DNA of 64,000 nt from Eubacteriales bacterium (lineage in GTDB: Bacteria > Bacillota > Clostridia > Oscillospirales > CAG-272), in contig JAZLCA010000036.1 in the NCBI GenBank assembly GCA_045613985.1, forward strand, positions 50,023 through 114,022, written 5' to 3'. The notes under the pieces were generated by a model. That model was not told the DNA's origin, did no database searches, and saw only the letters and a list, made by a program, of their open reading frames with translations. The position numbers were made by a program, and so were the translations under genes. This document shows, piece after piece, positions 1-7,851 of the stretch. Numbering within the stretch: the stretch's first letter is position 1; each line of letters starts with the position of its first letter.

Positions 1-30
1 CCGTGTTCAGCGGGCAAGCAACGCTCTGAA

Positions 31-137
31 TTTCGGCTTGCGCCGAAATATGCTGCCGCAAGCGGCGGGGCCTCATCCCCTTCCGCTCCACAATCATTGT
101 GGAGTGAAGTGGATCGGCACCTCGCATTTGCGGCAGC
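31..137 (-). other. Unclassified multi-helix RNA-like element directly 3' of the kinase gene
   Basis: 8-bp hairpin 30-49 whose loop reads GCAA (GNRA) on the minus strand. 10-bp long-range helix 52-61/128-137 encloses hairpins 62-86 and 87-103. No coding signal. Confidence 0.3.
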
Positions 138-140
138 TTT

Positions 141-1112
141 TTATTTCAATTCCTCAATCAACCGCCCGATCTCCTCGCGCGTGGTGATCATCAGATCGTG
201 TCGGTTGTACTCAACCTCCCAGACGTAGGCGTTGCAGGCAAAGCGGATCATACGATAGATCAAGCGGCGGCGGACAGAGGCATCGTCCATGGCAAGCGGG
301 CGTCCGTAGCCCTGCCAAAGCTCGTCACAATACATCCACTCCATGTACGCAAAGTCAAAATCGCTATCGCCCCATACGGCGCGGTCCGTGTCGATAAAAG
401 CAGCAAAGGCGGTCCGATCTGCGTGGATGAGCAAATTGTTGGGGCCAAGGTCGGCATGAATCAAGCGCGGTTCTGTGATCTCGTCCAACACAGAAGTGTG
501 GCGATCCAAAATCTCGCGCATCGCGACAGTCTCCTGCTCTCTGAAAATAGCGTACGGCGCACACGAGGAAAGAATTTGATCCAATTCATCCTTGAGAAAC
601 GTGCTCCAGAGCGCACACCCTCGCCCCTCGGCCACGTTGTACACGTGACCGAACGCCTCACCACGAACGGCGTGCATTTTTGCGATGTTCTGGCCAAGTT
701 CGCGGTAGAGGCGCGAAACGTCGTCGGTTGCATAGGTGTAATCGTCGCGATTGAGCTTGTACGTCACACTGGGCAGATAGCGGACGATCATCAGGTCACG
801 ATCCAGTATCGCCTTACTCGTGTCAATCGCCAGCAACTCGGAGCAAGGCACGCCACGCTCGGCCAGAAGACGGTAAACGATGGCCTCGGCCTGCATCATG
901 TCGCGCTCGAAATGCAACAGCAGGTGGCGGTTGATCGGTCCTACGCGCAAAATCACGTCGCCATAATCGGCGGTCTTAACAAAATAGGTCGTGTTAAACA
1001 AACCGCCCGAAAGTAGTTTGTGTTCCACGGGGGCCGTATGAAGCATCCCTTTTATGATTTCCCGTATCTGCTCGTCCGTCACGGGCGAAAACAGTGAAGA
1101 GCTGATATTCAT
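141..1112 (-). CDS. Phosphotransferase, APH/choline-kinase-like kinase fold
   Basis: HADLGPNNLLI (HxDxxxxN catalytic loop) and DTDRAVWGD. Start moved to ATG 1112 (AAGGAG 7 nt upstream) because the track start at 1169 lies inside the -35 box. Confidence 0.8.
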   Translation of the reverse strand: MNISSSLFSPVTDEQIREIIKGMLHTAPVEHKLLSGGLFNTTYFVKTADYGDVILRVGPINRHLLLHFERDMMQAEAIVYRLLAERGVPCSELLAIDTSKAILDRDLMIVRYLPSVTYKLNRDDYTYATDDVSRLYRELGQNIAKMHAVRGEAFGHVYNVAEGRGCALWSTFLKDELDQILSSCAPYAIFREQETVAMREILDRHTSVLDEITEPRLIHADLGPNNLLIHADRTAFAAFIDTDRAVWGDSDFDFAYMEWMYCDELWQGYGRPLAMDDASVRRRLIYRMIRFACNAYVWEVEYNRHDLMITTREEIGRLIEELK

Positions 1113-1140
1113 GCTGCATCTCCTTTGCTTCGTTGAGAAT

Positions 1141-1169
1141 ATTGTATCACACCAACCAGATTTTGGCAA
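1141..1169 (-). promoter_or_regulatory. Sigma-A type promoter of the kinase gene
   Basis: Minus strand TTGCCA (1164-1169), 17 nt, TACAAT (1141-1146). Confidence 0.6.
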
Positions 1170-1216
1170 GAGTAGCCCCTATAAAAAATTTGCTCTTGTT
1201 TCCCCGTTCTAACATG

Positions 1217-1248
1217 TGGGGGAAACTTCTTTCAAGAAGTTTCCCCCA
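1217..1248. repeat. Perfect 12-bp inverted repeat (hairpin) between the radical SAM gene and the kinase promoter
   Basis: GGGGGAAACTTC (1218-1229) / GAAGTTTCCCCC (1236-1247). No U-tract on either strand, so terminator function is uncertain. Confidence 0.5.
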
Positions 1249-1258
1249 CGCGTCCTCT

Positions 1259-1885
1259 CTATTTATTGATCTCCGTCTTATAAGTCAACTCGTCAAACCT
1301 CGTCACGCCCATCTCGCGCAGGCGCTCCTTGCTGCGGGCGCGATGCTCCTCGGTGTTAAACCCGGGAATGAGCGGCACACGGACAAGTATCTTCTCCGTG
1401 CCGACCTCCTCCACAAGACGCCGCAGATTGTCGAGCACCTGCTCGTTCTCCCGCGTAGTATACTGACGGTAAATGTCGGGATCGGTATCCTTGATATCTA
1501 CAATGTAGCCGTCGATGATATCGGTCGTTGCCTGCACCAAGGACCACGGCACGTTGAGCGACGTTTCGACGTACAGCCGCCAGGATCTGCCGCATATCTC
1601 GCGGAACGCCCTCATAAACGGCACTTGTAAAAGCGGCCCACCGCCGCCAAACGTCACACCGCCGTTCGTGGCAAGGAAATACAGATTGTCGATCTTGACC
1701 TTGTCATAAAGCTGCTCGGGTGTCAGCGTCTCGCACTTGGTTCCCTCTCGCAAAGAGTGGGGGTTGAGACAATAGTGGCAACGCAAAGGACATCCCCAAA
1801 AGGCGGCCAGCGTCGTGACGCCCTCGCCGTCCGTCGTCAGACAATGGCGACGAAAGCCGATAAATTTTGCTGCTCTATCCATCAT
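1259..1885 (-). CDS. Radical SAM protein, glycyl-radical-enzyme-activase-like (PflA/NrdG/YjjW-size)
   Basis: CPLRCHYC (CxxxCxxC), GGVTFGGGGPLL SAM-binding-like motif, 208 aa. Starts 6 nt after the upstream gene's stop. Confidence 0.75.
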   Translation of the reverse strand: MMDRAAKFIGFRRHCLTTDGEGVTTLAAFWGCPLRCHYCLNPHSLREGTKCETLTPEQLYDKVKIDNLYFLATNGGVTFGGGGPLLQVPFMRAFREICGRSWRLYVETSLNVPWSLVQATTDIIDGYIVDIKDTDPDIYRQYTTRENEQVLDNLRRLVEEVGTEKILVRVPLIPGFNTEEHRARSKERLREMGVTRFDELTYKTEINK

Positions 1886-1891
1886 ACGCGA

Positions 1892-2413
1892 TTACGGAAT
1901 GTCCCCCATCGTCTCCTCGGGAGGCATCGGATCGCCGCCAAGCTCTACGTCTTCGTCCTCGTCCTCATCGGGAACGATGATGTCACCGTCCCATTCATCT
2001 AAAGGTTCCCCGGCGGTAGGCTCGTCTTCTTCGGGCGGCATTGGTTTGCCGCCAAGCTCACCTTCGTCATTGCCCTCATCCGGCGCAGGCACGGGCTCGC
2101 CACCAAGCTCGTCTTCATAGCGATCGGGCGGCATAGGATCGCCTCCCGTTTCCTTGGTGAAAAACAGCTCGTCGCATCCTGTGCTTGTCGTCAACGCGAT
2201 AGCTAAACCCGCCACGGCAACCGCCTTGCCCAATTTGGCGCGCTTTTCCAGCTCACGCTCCAGATACCGCACCTCGGCCTCGCACTTGGGGCAAGTACCA
2301 AGGCAATCGCCCTGATGCTTACATTCGGACGTGATAAATTCAACATCGTTGTTCTCTGCGATTTGTCGGCGGATTTCTTTTAAGATTTTACAGCGTTTTT
2401 TTCCTTTAAACAT
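1892..2413 (-). CDS. Hypothetical membrane protein: N-terminal Cys4 domain, one TM helix, acidic GG[DEK]P[MV]P-repeat tail
   Basis: N-terminus MFKGKKRCKILKEIRRQIAENNDVEFITSECKHQGDCLGTCPKCEAEVRYLERELEKR. TM AVAVAGLAIALTTSTGC. Four [TL]GGxPxP repeats. RBS GAAAGGAA. Confidence 0.7.
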   Translation of the reverse strand: MFKGKKRCKILKEIRRQIAENNDVEFITSECKHQGDCLGTCPKCEAEVRYLERELEKRAKLGKAVAVAGLAIALTTSTGCDELFFTKETGGDPMPPDRYEDELGGEPVPAPDEGNDEGELGGKPMPPEEDEPTAGEPLDEWDGDIIVPDEDEDEDVELGGDPMPPEETMGDIP

Positions 2414-2446
2414 ACGCGAATTCCTTTCTGTAAATGGTTACTTCTC

Positions 2447-3451
2447 TTAGGGTTCTTCGGTGACGACAGCGTCCATTAGCGTACCGTCCTCGGCAAAAGT
2501 GAGCGCGAGATATCGGGGTTTGGTTAATTCTTCGTCAACATAGTACCCTTCACTATTAAAGTAGTATCCCCGCTCAATGGTGTAACAGTCGGTGTTATCT
2601 CGAGAGTGCGCGTAGTACTCGTTCCAGCGGGCGCGGATAAACTTACGTGCATCCTCCTCCGGAGTTTTATTTTTCTGAAGGAACTCGCTCATAGCAGTAA
2701 GCAGTTCTTCCTTTTTCGGAAATTCCTGGGCATTGTCGGGACGATGAATTTCGGGGATATACGGCATATCGCCGGTTAAGTAATATTCTTCTGTTTTACT
2801 CTCGTAGCGGGCAGAAAGCAATACACCGGCAGACGAGAATGTCAAGTGCAAAAGTTCGCGCGTTTCCTCCCATGCTTCACTGTCCGACTGATAGGAAATG
2901 GAATAGGTATCCGTAACGGTACCGTCCGACTCTGTGGAGTAGTATAGCTTCTCGTCCCAATGTACGATAAATACGTATCGTTCATCCTCCTCCAAGCATT
3001 GCGCCTCTGCCAGCGCCGTTTTCAAGGCAGTGTAAATGGCACGGTCGGACTGTTTGATAAAGTCCGCGGGAGTAAATGACAGTTGCACGGCGAGAAATTC
3101 CTCGGTGCGCTCGGTCACGGGAATCTGCGGTAGTGGCTCACCGCCAAGTTGTTCTTCCTCGGGTGCCAGGGGCTTTCCTCCGGTTGGTCCGATACCGTCA
3201 AACCAATCGTCGCACCCGACCGTGCTCGTCATCAGCGCAACGGACAAGCCGGCCACCGCGATGGTGCGCCCGAGTTTTTGCCGCTTTTCCAACTCGCGCT
3301 CCAAATACCGCACCTCTTCCTCACACTTGGGGCAGGTGCCAAGGCAATCGCCCTTGTGCTTGCACTCGGAGGTGATGAACTCAATGTCGTTGTTCTCTGC
3401 GATCTGACGGCGGATCTCCTTTAAGATTTTACAGCGCTTTTTGCCTTTCAT
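2447..3451 (-). CDS. Hypothetical membrane protein, paralog of 1892-2413 with a larger exodomain
   Basis: Same Cys4 N-terminus (CKHKGDCLGTCPKC) and TM ending STVGC. Start set at the second ATG (3451), preceded by AAAGGAGAAATTTGG. Confidence 0.7.
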   Translation of the reverse strand: MKGKKRCKILKEIRRQIAENNDIEFITSECKHKGDCLGTCPKCEEEVRYLERELEKRQKLGRTIAVAGLSVALMTSTVGCDDWFDGIGPTGGKPLAPEEEQLGGEPLPQIPVTERTEEFLAVQLSFTPADFIKQSDRAIYTALKTALAEAQCLEEDERYVFIVHWDEKLYYSTESDGTVTDTYSISYQSDSEAWEETRELLHLTFSSAGVLLSARYESKTEEYYLTGDMPYIPEIHRPDNAQEFPKKEELLTAMSEFLQKNKTPEEDARKFIRARWNEYYAHSRDNTDCYTIERGYYFNSEGYYVDEELTKPRYLALTFAEDGTLMDAVVTEEP

Positions 3452-3550
3452 CCAAATTTCTCCTTTCAAACAGGGAAAATTTTTGTTTCACTATATAAGA
3501 CGACAAAAATCCGGAAATCTTCCATATTTTTTGGATTTTTTCAAAAAAAT

Positions 3551-4444
3551 TTATTTTTCTTGCAAAAGCCTTGCGTAAACGTCACGTGCCGTCCGGTCAA
3601 TGCGGGCAACCTCTTCGTCGGTCGCCGTCGTCAAACGTTTGACGCTCGGCTTGCCCCAGATATCAAACAGCCGCGGACCGATCCAAGTCCGATATTCGCT
3701 TTTCTCCAGCACACCGCGCAAAATACTCAACGCTGCCGCCCGAGGCCGCATGAAAATAACCTTCATGGGATATTTGATGATGGCAAAAATGAGGGGCGGA
3801 TAATGTGAGGTGATGTTGGTAAAGGTGATGCCGGGATGGGCGATCGCAAGCGTTGCCTGCTTCTCGTGGCGAAACAACTCATGCAAACCGTACATCAGAT
3901 ATCTTTTGGCGTTGCCGTAGACACGGCTCGCCTTTTTTCTTGTGCGGAAATCGACGTCGCTTTCATCCGTCACCGAATAATTGTGAGCGATGCTACCCAC
4001 CGCGATCACCCGCCCGCCACGTTCGCGCAAACGCGGAAGCAGACGGCAGGTCATGTAATACGGAGAGACAAAATTGATTTGAAACACGTTGTCATATCCC
4101 GTATCACAGATACATCGCGGAATGCTGTAAGCTCCCGCATTGTGGATCAGTACGTCAAATTCGCGTCCCTCCAGCGCCTCGCACGCACAGCGCACCGATG
4201 CCATGTCGGACAGATCCAAGGGGATGCGGGAGAGATGCGCGTCGGGATATTCAGACAAGAGATCACGCTCCAGCGCCTCTGCCTTTTTTTGATTTCGATC
4301 GAGCAAAATCAACTCCGCCCCCAAAGACAGCAAATGCCGGCATAATTCCCTGCCAAGTCCGCCTGTTGAGCCTGTGATAGCCACCGTTTGACCGCGGAGC
4401 AACGTGGCATTTCGCTTGATCCAGCGTTTTACGTTCATGAACAA
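3551..4444 (-). CDS. Short-chain dehydrogenase/reductase (SDR)
   Basis: TGSTGGLGRE (TGxxxGxG), IHNAG, YGNAK (YxxxK). Confidence 0.85.
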   Translation of the reverse strand: MFMNVKRWIKRNATLLRGQTVAITGSTGGLGRELCRHLLSLGAELILLDRNQKKAEALERDLLSEYPDAHLSRIPLDLSDMASVRCACEALEGREFDVLIHNAGAYSIPRCICDTGYDNVFQINFVSPYYMTCRLLPRLRERGGRVIAVGSIAHNYSVTDESDVDFRTRKKASRVYGNAKRYLMYGLHELFRHEKQATLAIAHPGITFTNITSHYPPLIFAIIKYPMKVIFMRPRAAALSILRGVLEKSEYRTWIGPRLFDIWGKPSVKRLTTATDEEVARIDRTARDVYARLLQEK

Positions 4445-4470
4445 AATTCCTTTCTGATACTATAAGTCAA

Positions 4471-4499
4471 GCGGCGACTGCTCACTCGCAGCCGCCGCT
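4471..4499 (-). terminator. Possible terminator/attenuator hairpin after the uL15-like gene
   Basis: GCGGCGACTGC / GCAGCCGCCGC, 11-bp stem with one mismatch. Weak U-tract. Confidence 0.35.
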
Positions 4500-4514
4500 C
4501 GTTCGGTATGAAAA

Positions 4515-5138
4515 TCAGCGGATCTTAATAACGGTACCGCCCGTCAATTCGATCATCTTGATCGCCTGAATGGAAAAGCTGTGCGCCTTGACACTCAAAG
4601 GCTTGGTCAACTCTCCGTCAGCCAAAATCTTGATGCGCTTGATCTTTTTGGAAACCAGGCCCTTATGCTTGAGCACGTCGAGCGTGATGTGATCGTGCGC
4701 TTGGAAGGCCTGATCAATATCGCCAATATTGATAAAGCCGCGCTTGCCATCCGTCTTGGGACCTGCTTCTGCCTTAGGAACAACCACCGGCGAGATCTCT
4801 GCATCGTCATCGTCGTCATCGTCGTACTCTTCCGGCTCATCTTCATCTTCTTCAATGACGAAAGCCAGAGCAACTTCATCGCTGAGCATTTCGTCCGCCT
4901 CGATCGCGTTGATGTGATCAACGGGTGCCGGCAAATGGGGCTCCTCCACCTGCTCCTCAGGCAACTCCTCGGCAGGTTCCGGCTCCGGTTCCGGGGCAGC
5001 CCACCGCTCCTGTTCTTCCGGAGCCTGGACTTTGTTCTTTTTGCCGAAATACTCGCTCAAAATGCTTGCGCCAAACGCGCTGATCGCAACGACAGCCAAA
5101 GCATCGACAACACCTACAATGATTGATACAATACCCAT
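4515..5138 (-). CDS. Membrane-anchored protein with a ribosomal uL15 C-terminal-like domain
   Basis: C-terminus IKILADGELTKPLSVKAHSFSIQAIKMIELTGGTVIKIR resembles the RplO C-terminus. N-terminal TM helix plus acidic linker. Start at ATG 5138 with GGAGGAG RBS. Confidence 0.7.
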   Translation of the reverse strand: MGIVSIIVGVVDALAVVAISAFGASILSEYFGKKNKVQAPEEQERWAAPEPEPEPAEELPEEQVEEPHLPAPVDHINAIEADEMLSDEVALAFVIEEDEDEPEEYDDDDDDDAEISPVVVPKAEAGPKTDGKRGFINIGDIDQAFQAHDHITLDVLKHKGLVSKKIKRIKILADGELTKPLSVKAHSFSIQAIKMIELTGGTVIKIR

Positions 5139-5209
5139 AAAAACTCCTCCTGTTATTCTATTTAGAATCTTCGGCGGCATCCGCAACCGAATTTTATATT
5201 CTTATAGTG

Positions 5210-5238
5210 ATTATATCATAACATTTTTGATTTGGCAA
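5210..5238 (-). promoter_or_regulatory. Sigma-A type promoter of the uL15-like gene
   Basis: Minus strand TTGCCA (5233-5238), 17 nt, TATAAT (5210-5215). Confidence 0.65.
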
Positions 5239-5319
5239 TACTTTTTTTGAAACTTTTGCACATATATTTTGTTTTTTATATGACATTCAAGAAGGCATGA
5301 GCTGATCAAAGGAGCCGTG

Positions 5320-5390
5320 CGAGAAAAATAGTCCTTGACGATCAACTCCTGATCCATTGATAACAGCGTTCCGTCCAGGTCGAACAGCAC
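5320..5390 (-). pseudogene. Probable remnant of a HAD-hydrolase N-terminus
   Basis: Minus-strand frame reads (V)LFDLDGTLLSMDQELIVKDYF (HAD motif I DxDGT). It then runs into AT-rich promoter DNA. No full-length ORF. Confidence 0.3.
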
Positions 5391-5403
5391 CGTAGAATTT
5401 TAC

Positions 5404-6438
5404 TCATACCTGCTTCTCGCCATCCCCGCGGTGCTTTACTGCCGCATAAGTATCCTTTTGCGAGCATCCTGCGCGTCCGCCGCCCGCACAAGCGCAAGCG
5501 CAGGCACACGCGCATCCGCGTCCACCGCTGTGAGAAGAGGTCGCCTGATGCTTGGCACGCGCACTGCTATACCGCGGATTGACGCGCCCGTACACGTGAA
5601 CGTGGTGACCGTATCCGCAGATAAATCCGCGTCCGCGGTGATAGGAAACGTAGCTATCAACAATATATACCTCTGCAACAAGCAACATAATAATGAAGAA
5701 GATTATCGTCATCACCACGCCGAATTTCGTCTCCCACAGCTCGTCGTACACACCGCTATCGTCAAACGGCTCGTAGTCCACCGTGCTCTGACCGTCAAAT
5801 TCATGGGGATCGGTATAGCGCACGTTCATCATCACGTACTCACCGCACGCCATCTCTCCCTGCCAGACGTGATCCCCTTCGGGACCGCCGCTCTTCCACC
5901 GAAATTCGTAATGCTCAACAGGCGTGGCGTTGAACCAGCCGGGGACGAACTCGTGGAAATATCCCTCATCGTCGCGGCAAAGAATCCGCTTCTGATTGAT
6001 CTTGAACGTAAGCTCAAGCACGGCACCTGCGCTGTAAGCGCGGTCGAGGTCGATGCGAACGCCGGTAAAACCATCCTCGTTTTGCTTGGTGATGGTATTG
6101 ATATTGGGGGAATTGTAGGAGCGGTCGATGGTAAACTGCTCGTTGGCCGTTCCGATCTCGATCCAGGTCAGCGGCTCGCTTGCGTCCAGCGGGATCCACT
6201 TCAAATAGTATTCAATGTCCAACGATCCGTCGGCCAAAGGCGTCACCGTCACGCGGTAGTCTTCAATCGTGTCCTGTGGCGTGGGATGATACCATATTGC
6301 AAACAAAATAAGCGCAATCTGTATCACGGCGCATATGCACAGCCATACCGTATTCTTTTTGGGGAAGGTGCGATTGGCAAGAATTTCCTCTTCGGAAAAG
6401 GGATCCTTTTTCACTTTCGGCTCTTTGTTCTTTGCCAT
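5404..6438 (-). CDS. Two-TM membrane protein (DUF2207-like layout) with a Cys/His-rich cytoplasmic tail containing (Cys-Ala)5
   Basis: TM1 WLCICAVIQIALILFAIWY, about 200-aa exodomain, TM2 FGVVMTIIFFIIMLLVAEVYIV, tail GYGHHVHVYG...GGRGCACACACACAGGGRAGC. ATG 6438 is 2 nt after the upstream stop, RBS GGAAAGGAGG. Confidence 0.7.
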   Translation of the reverse strand: MAKNKEPKVKKDPFSEEEILANRTFPKKNTVWLCICAVIQIALILFAIWYHPTPQDTIEDYRVTVTPLADGSLDIEYYLKWIPLDASEPLTWIEIGTANEQFTIDRSYNSPNINTITKQNEDGFTGVRIDLDRAYSAGAVLELTFKINQKRILCRDDEGYFHEFVPGWFNATPVEHYEFRWKSGGPEGDHVWQGEMACGEYVMMNVRYTDPHEFDGQSTVDYEPFDDSGVYDELWETKFGVVMTIIFFIIMLLVAEVYIVDSYVSYHRGRGFICGYGHHVHVYGRVNPRYSSARAKHQATSSHSGGRGCACACACACAGGGRAGCSQKDTYAAVKHRGDGEKQV

Positions 6439-6440
6439 GA

Positions 6441-7823
6441 TTACACGCCTCCTTTCCCATTTTGTGCGCGGAAGGGACACAGCAAGGCCTCATCCTCGCT
6501 CATGCGCCGCAAAGCTTGAGCTCTTGGATGCTTCCAGATGCCCTTCCAGCGATCCGTCAGGATATTACCCAGTCCCGCATCATCGGTCAGCCAGCTTTGA
6601 CAAGGCACGACCGTTCCGTCGGGAGAAATCGCCATATTGCTCAAGGCCGCGCCGCAGGAGGGCACGTTGAGCCCCAGCTCTTGCAATGCTTGCTTGGCGA
6701 TCAGGCCGGGAGAGGTGAAATCCATCTCCATGCCGTGCTCGTCGCAAAAGGCCTTGGCGGCGCGGAGAATGTCAGTCAGCTCTTTTTCGGTCAGATCGTA
6801 CGCCTTGTGATTTTCCCGTGCCGTTCCCGTGCAGATCAGGCCGCTGACGGTAACGAAACGAACGCCCAGCGAGTGAATCAGCGAAAGCGTTGCCATATAG
6901 TCGGCATTGAGTGAGCACAGAGGCGTGTTGACGCTGACGTCCAGCCCGGCATTCACGGCCGACGCAATACCTCGCACGGTATCGGCATGATGCTCGCTCC
7001 CAACCAGCTTGTTATGTATCGCCTCGTCCGAGGAATACAGCGTGATCTGCAAGCTGTCAAGACCGCCCTGCTTTAATTTAGCCGCCAGTTCAGGCGTCAG
7101 CAGCACGCCGTTGGTGTTGACGCGGGTGACGAACCACTTAGCGTATTCCACAAGCTCGGCAAGATCCGCCCTTTGCGTCGGCTCGCCCCCCGTAAAGGTC
7201 AGCATGGGAATGCCTGCCGCGCGCAGTTTATCGATCACACGTCTCCATTCGTCCGTGGAAAGCTCGCTTTTTTTAGCATAGGTCTGCCCTGCGGCGTAGC
7301 AAAACAGACACTTCTGATTGCACTGCCAACAGCCCTCACCGTCCGTCATGGCACGGATCATCAGGTCCATGCGGTGGGGAGCCCCCATGTGCTTGGCATA
7401 AGAGCGAATGGAAAGCTTTTCGATATCCTCGTCCACGTCACCGCCGCGGGCGATTTCAAATATAACGTCCATCATATAGGCAAGATCTTCGCGCACGACA
7501 CGCGCGTCGGTACCGGGATAGACGCGGTGGGTGCGCTTGATGGTGCGCTCAGTCAGCTCCGCGATATCCTTCTGGCTCATCTCTCGACCGTCAAAGACGT
7601 TGACCTCGTCGATCAGCGCCGACAGCAAAACGGACCAGGAATAGCCAAGCGGCAACAGATAATAGCCGTTGAGAATGACAATATATCCCGGATTGCGAAA
7701 CAAACGGGGCGTCGGCGGCACGAGATGAATACGCACCACGCCCGGTCCATCGGGATTGAAGGTACAATGTTTTACGCCCGCCCGCCATGCGCGCAGCTGC
7801 GCCAGTTTATTTTGTAGTCCCAT
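6441..7823 (-). CDS. Radical SAM enzyme with a C-terminal SPASM/twitch-like region and a ~165-aa N-terminal extension
   Basis: CNQKCLFC (CxxxCxxC), TFTGGEP, C-terminal SCGAALSNMAISPDGTVVPCQSW...LLCPF. Start moved to ATG 7823 (GTGAGG RBS) because ATG 7853 overlaps the -10 box. Confidence 0.8.
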   Translation of the reverse strand: MGLQNKLAQLRAWRAGVKHCTFNPDGPGVVRIHLVPPTPRLFRNPGYIVILNGYYLLPLGYSWSVLLSALIDEVNVFDGREMSQKDIAELTERTIKRTHRVYPGTDARVVREDLAYMMDVIFEIARGGDVDEDIEKLSIRSYAKHMGAPHRMDLMIRAMTDGEGCWQCNQKCLFCYAAGQTYAKKSELSTDEWRRVIDKLRAAGIPMLTFTGGEPTQRADLAELVEYAKWFVTRVNTNGVLLTPELAAKLKQGGLDSLQITLYSSDEAIHNKLVGSEHHADTVRGIASAVNAGLDVSVNTPLCSLNADYMATLSLIHSLGVRFVTVSGLICTGTARENHKAYDLTEKELTDILRAAKAFCDEHGMEMDFTSPGLIAKQALQELGLNVPSCGAALSNMAISPDGTVVPCQSWLTDDAGLGNILTDRWKGIWKHPRAQALRRMSEDEALLCPFRAQNGKGGV

Positions 7824-7851
7824 AGCAACCTCACTTTGATTTGATAGTTCC

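Noticed and set aside
31-137. tRNA or tmRNA at the left edge
   Set aside because: Helix lengths and junction spacing (a 10-bp closing helix with hairpins directly abutting) do not fit a cloverleaf. No T-loop GTTCRANY or CCA-type features were seen.
141-1112. Calling the kinase-fold gene an aminoglycoside-resistance determinant
   Set aside because: Only the generic APH/choline-kinase catalytic motifs are visible. Substrate cannot be inferred from motifs alone, and there is no mobile-element context.
1892-3451. Cys4-TM proteins as zinc-binding anti-sigma factors (ZAS-like CxxxCxxC, N-in topology)
   Set aside because: Kept only as an alternative. No ECF sigma factor gene is adjacent (upstream is an SDR, downstream a radical SAM gene). 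The motif has Cys where ZAS has His, and two tandem copies without a sigma partner would be atypical.
5464-5514. (Cys-Ala)5 as a TGCGCx microsatellite or assembly artefact
   Set aside because: Codons alternate TGC/TGT and GCG/GCC/GCT, so the DNA is not a perfect short tandem repeat. The reading frame continues normally to a stop 19 codons later.
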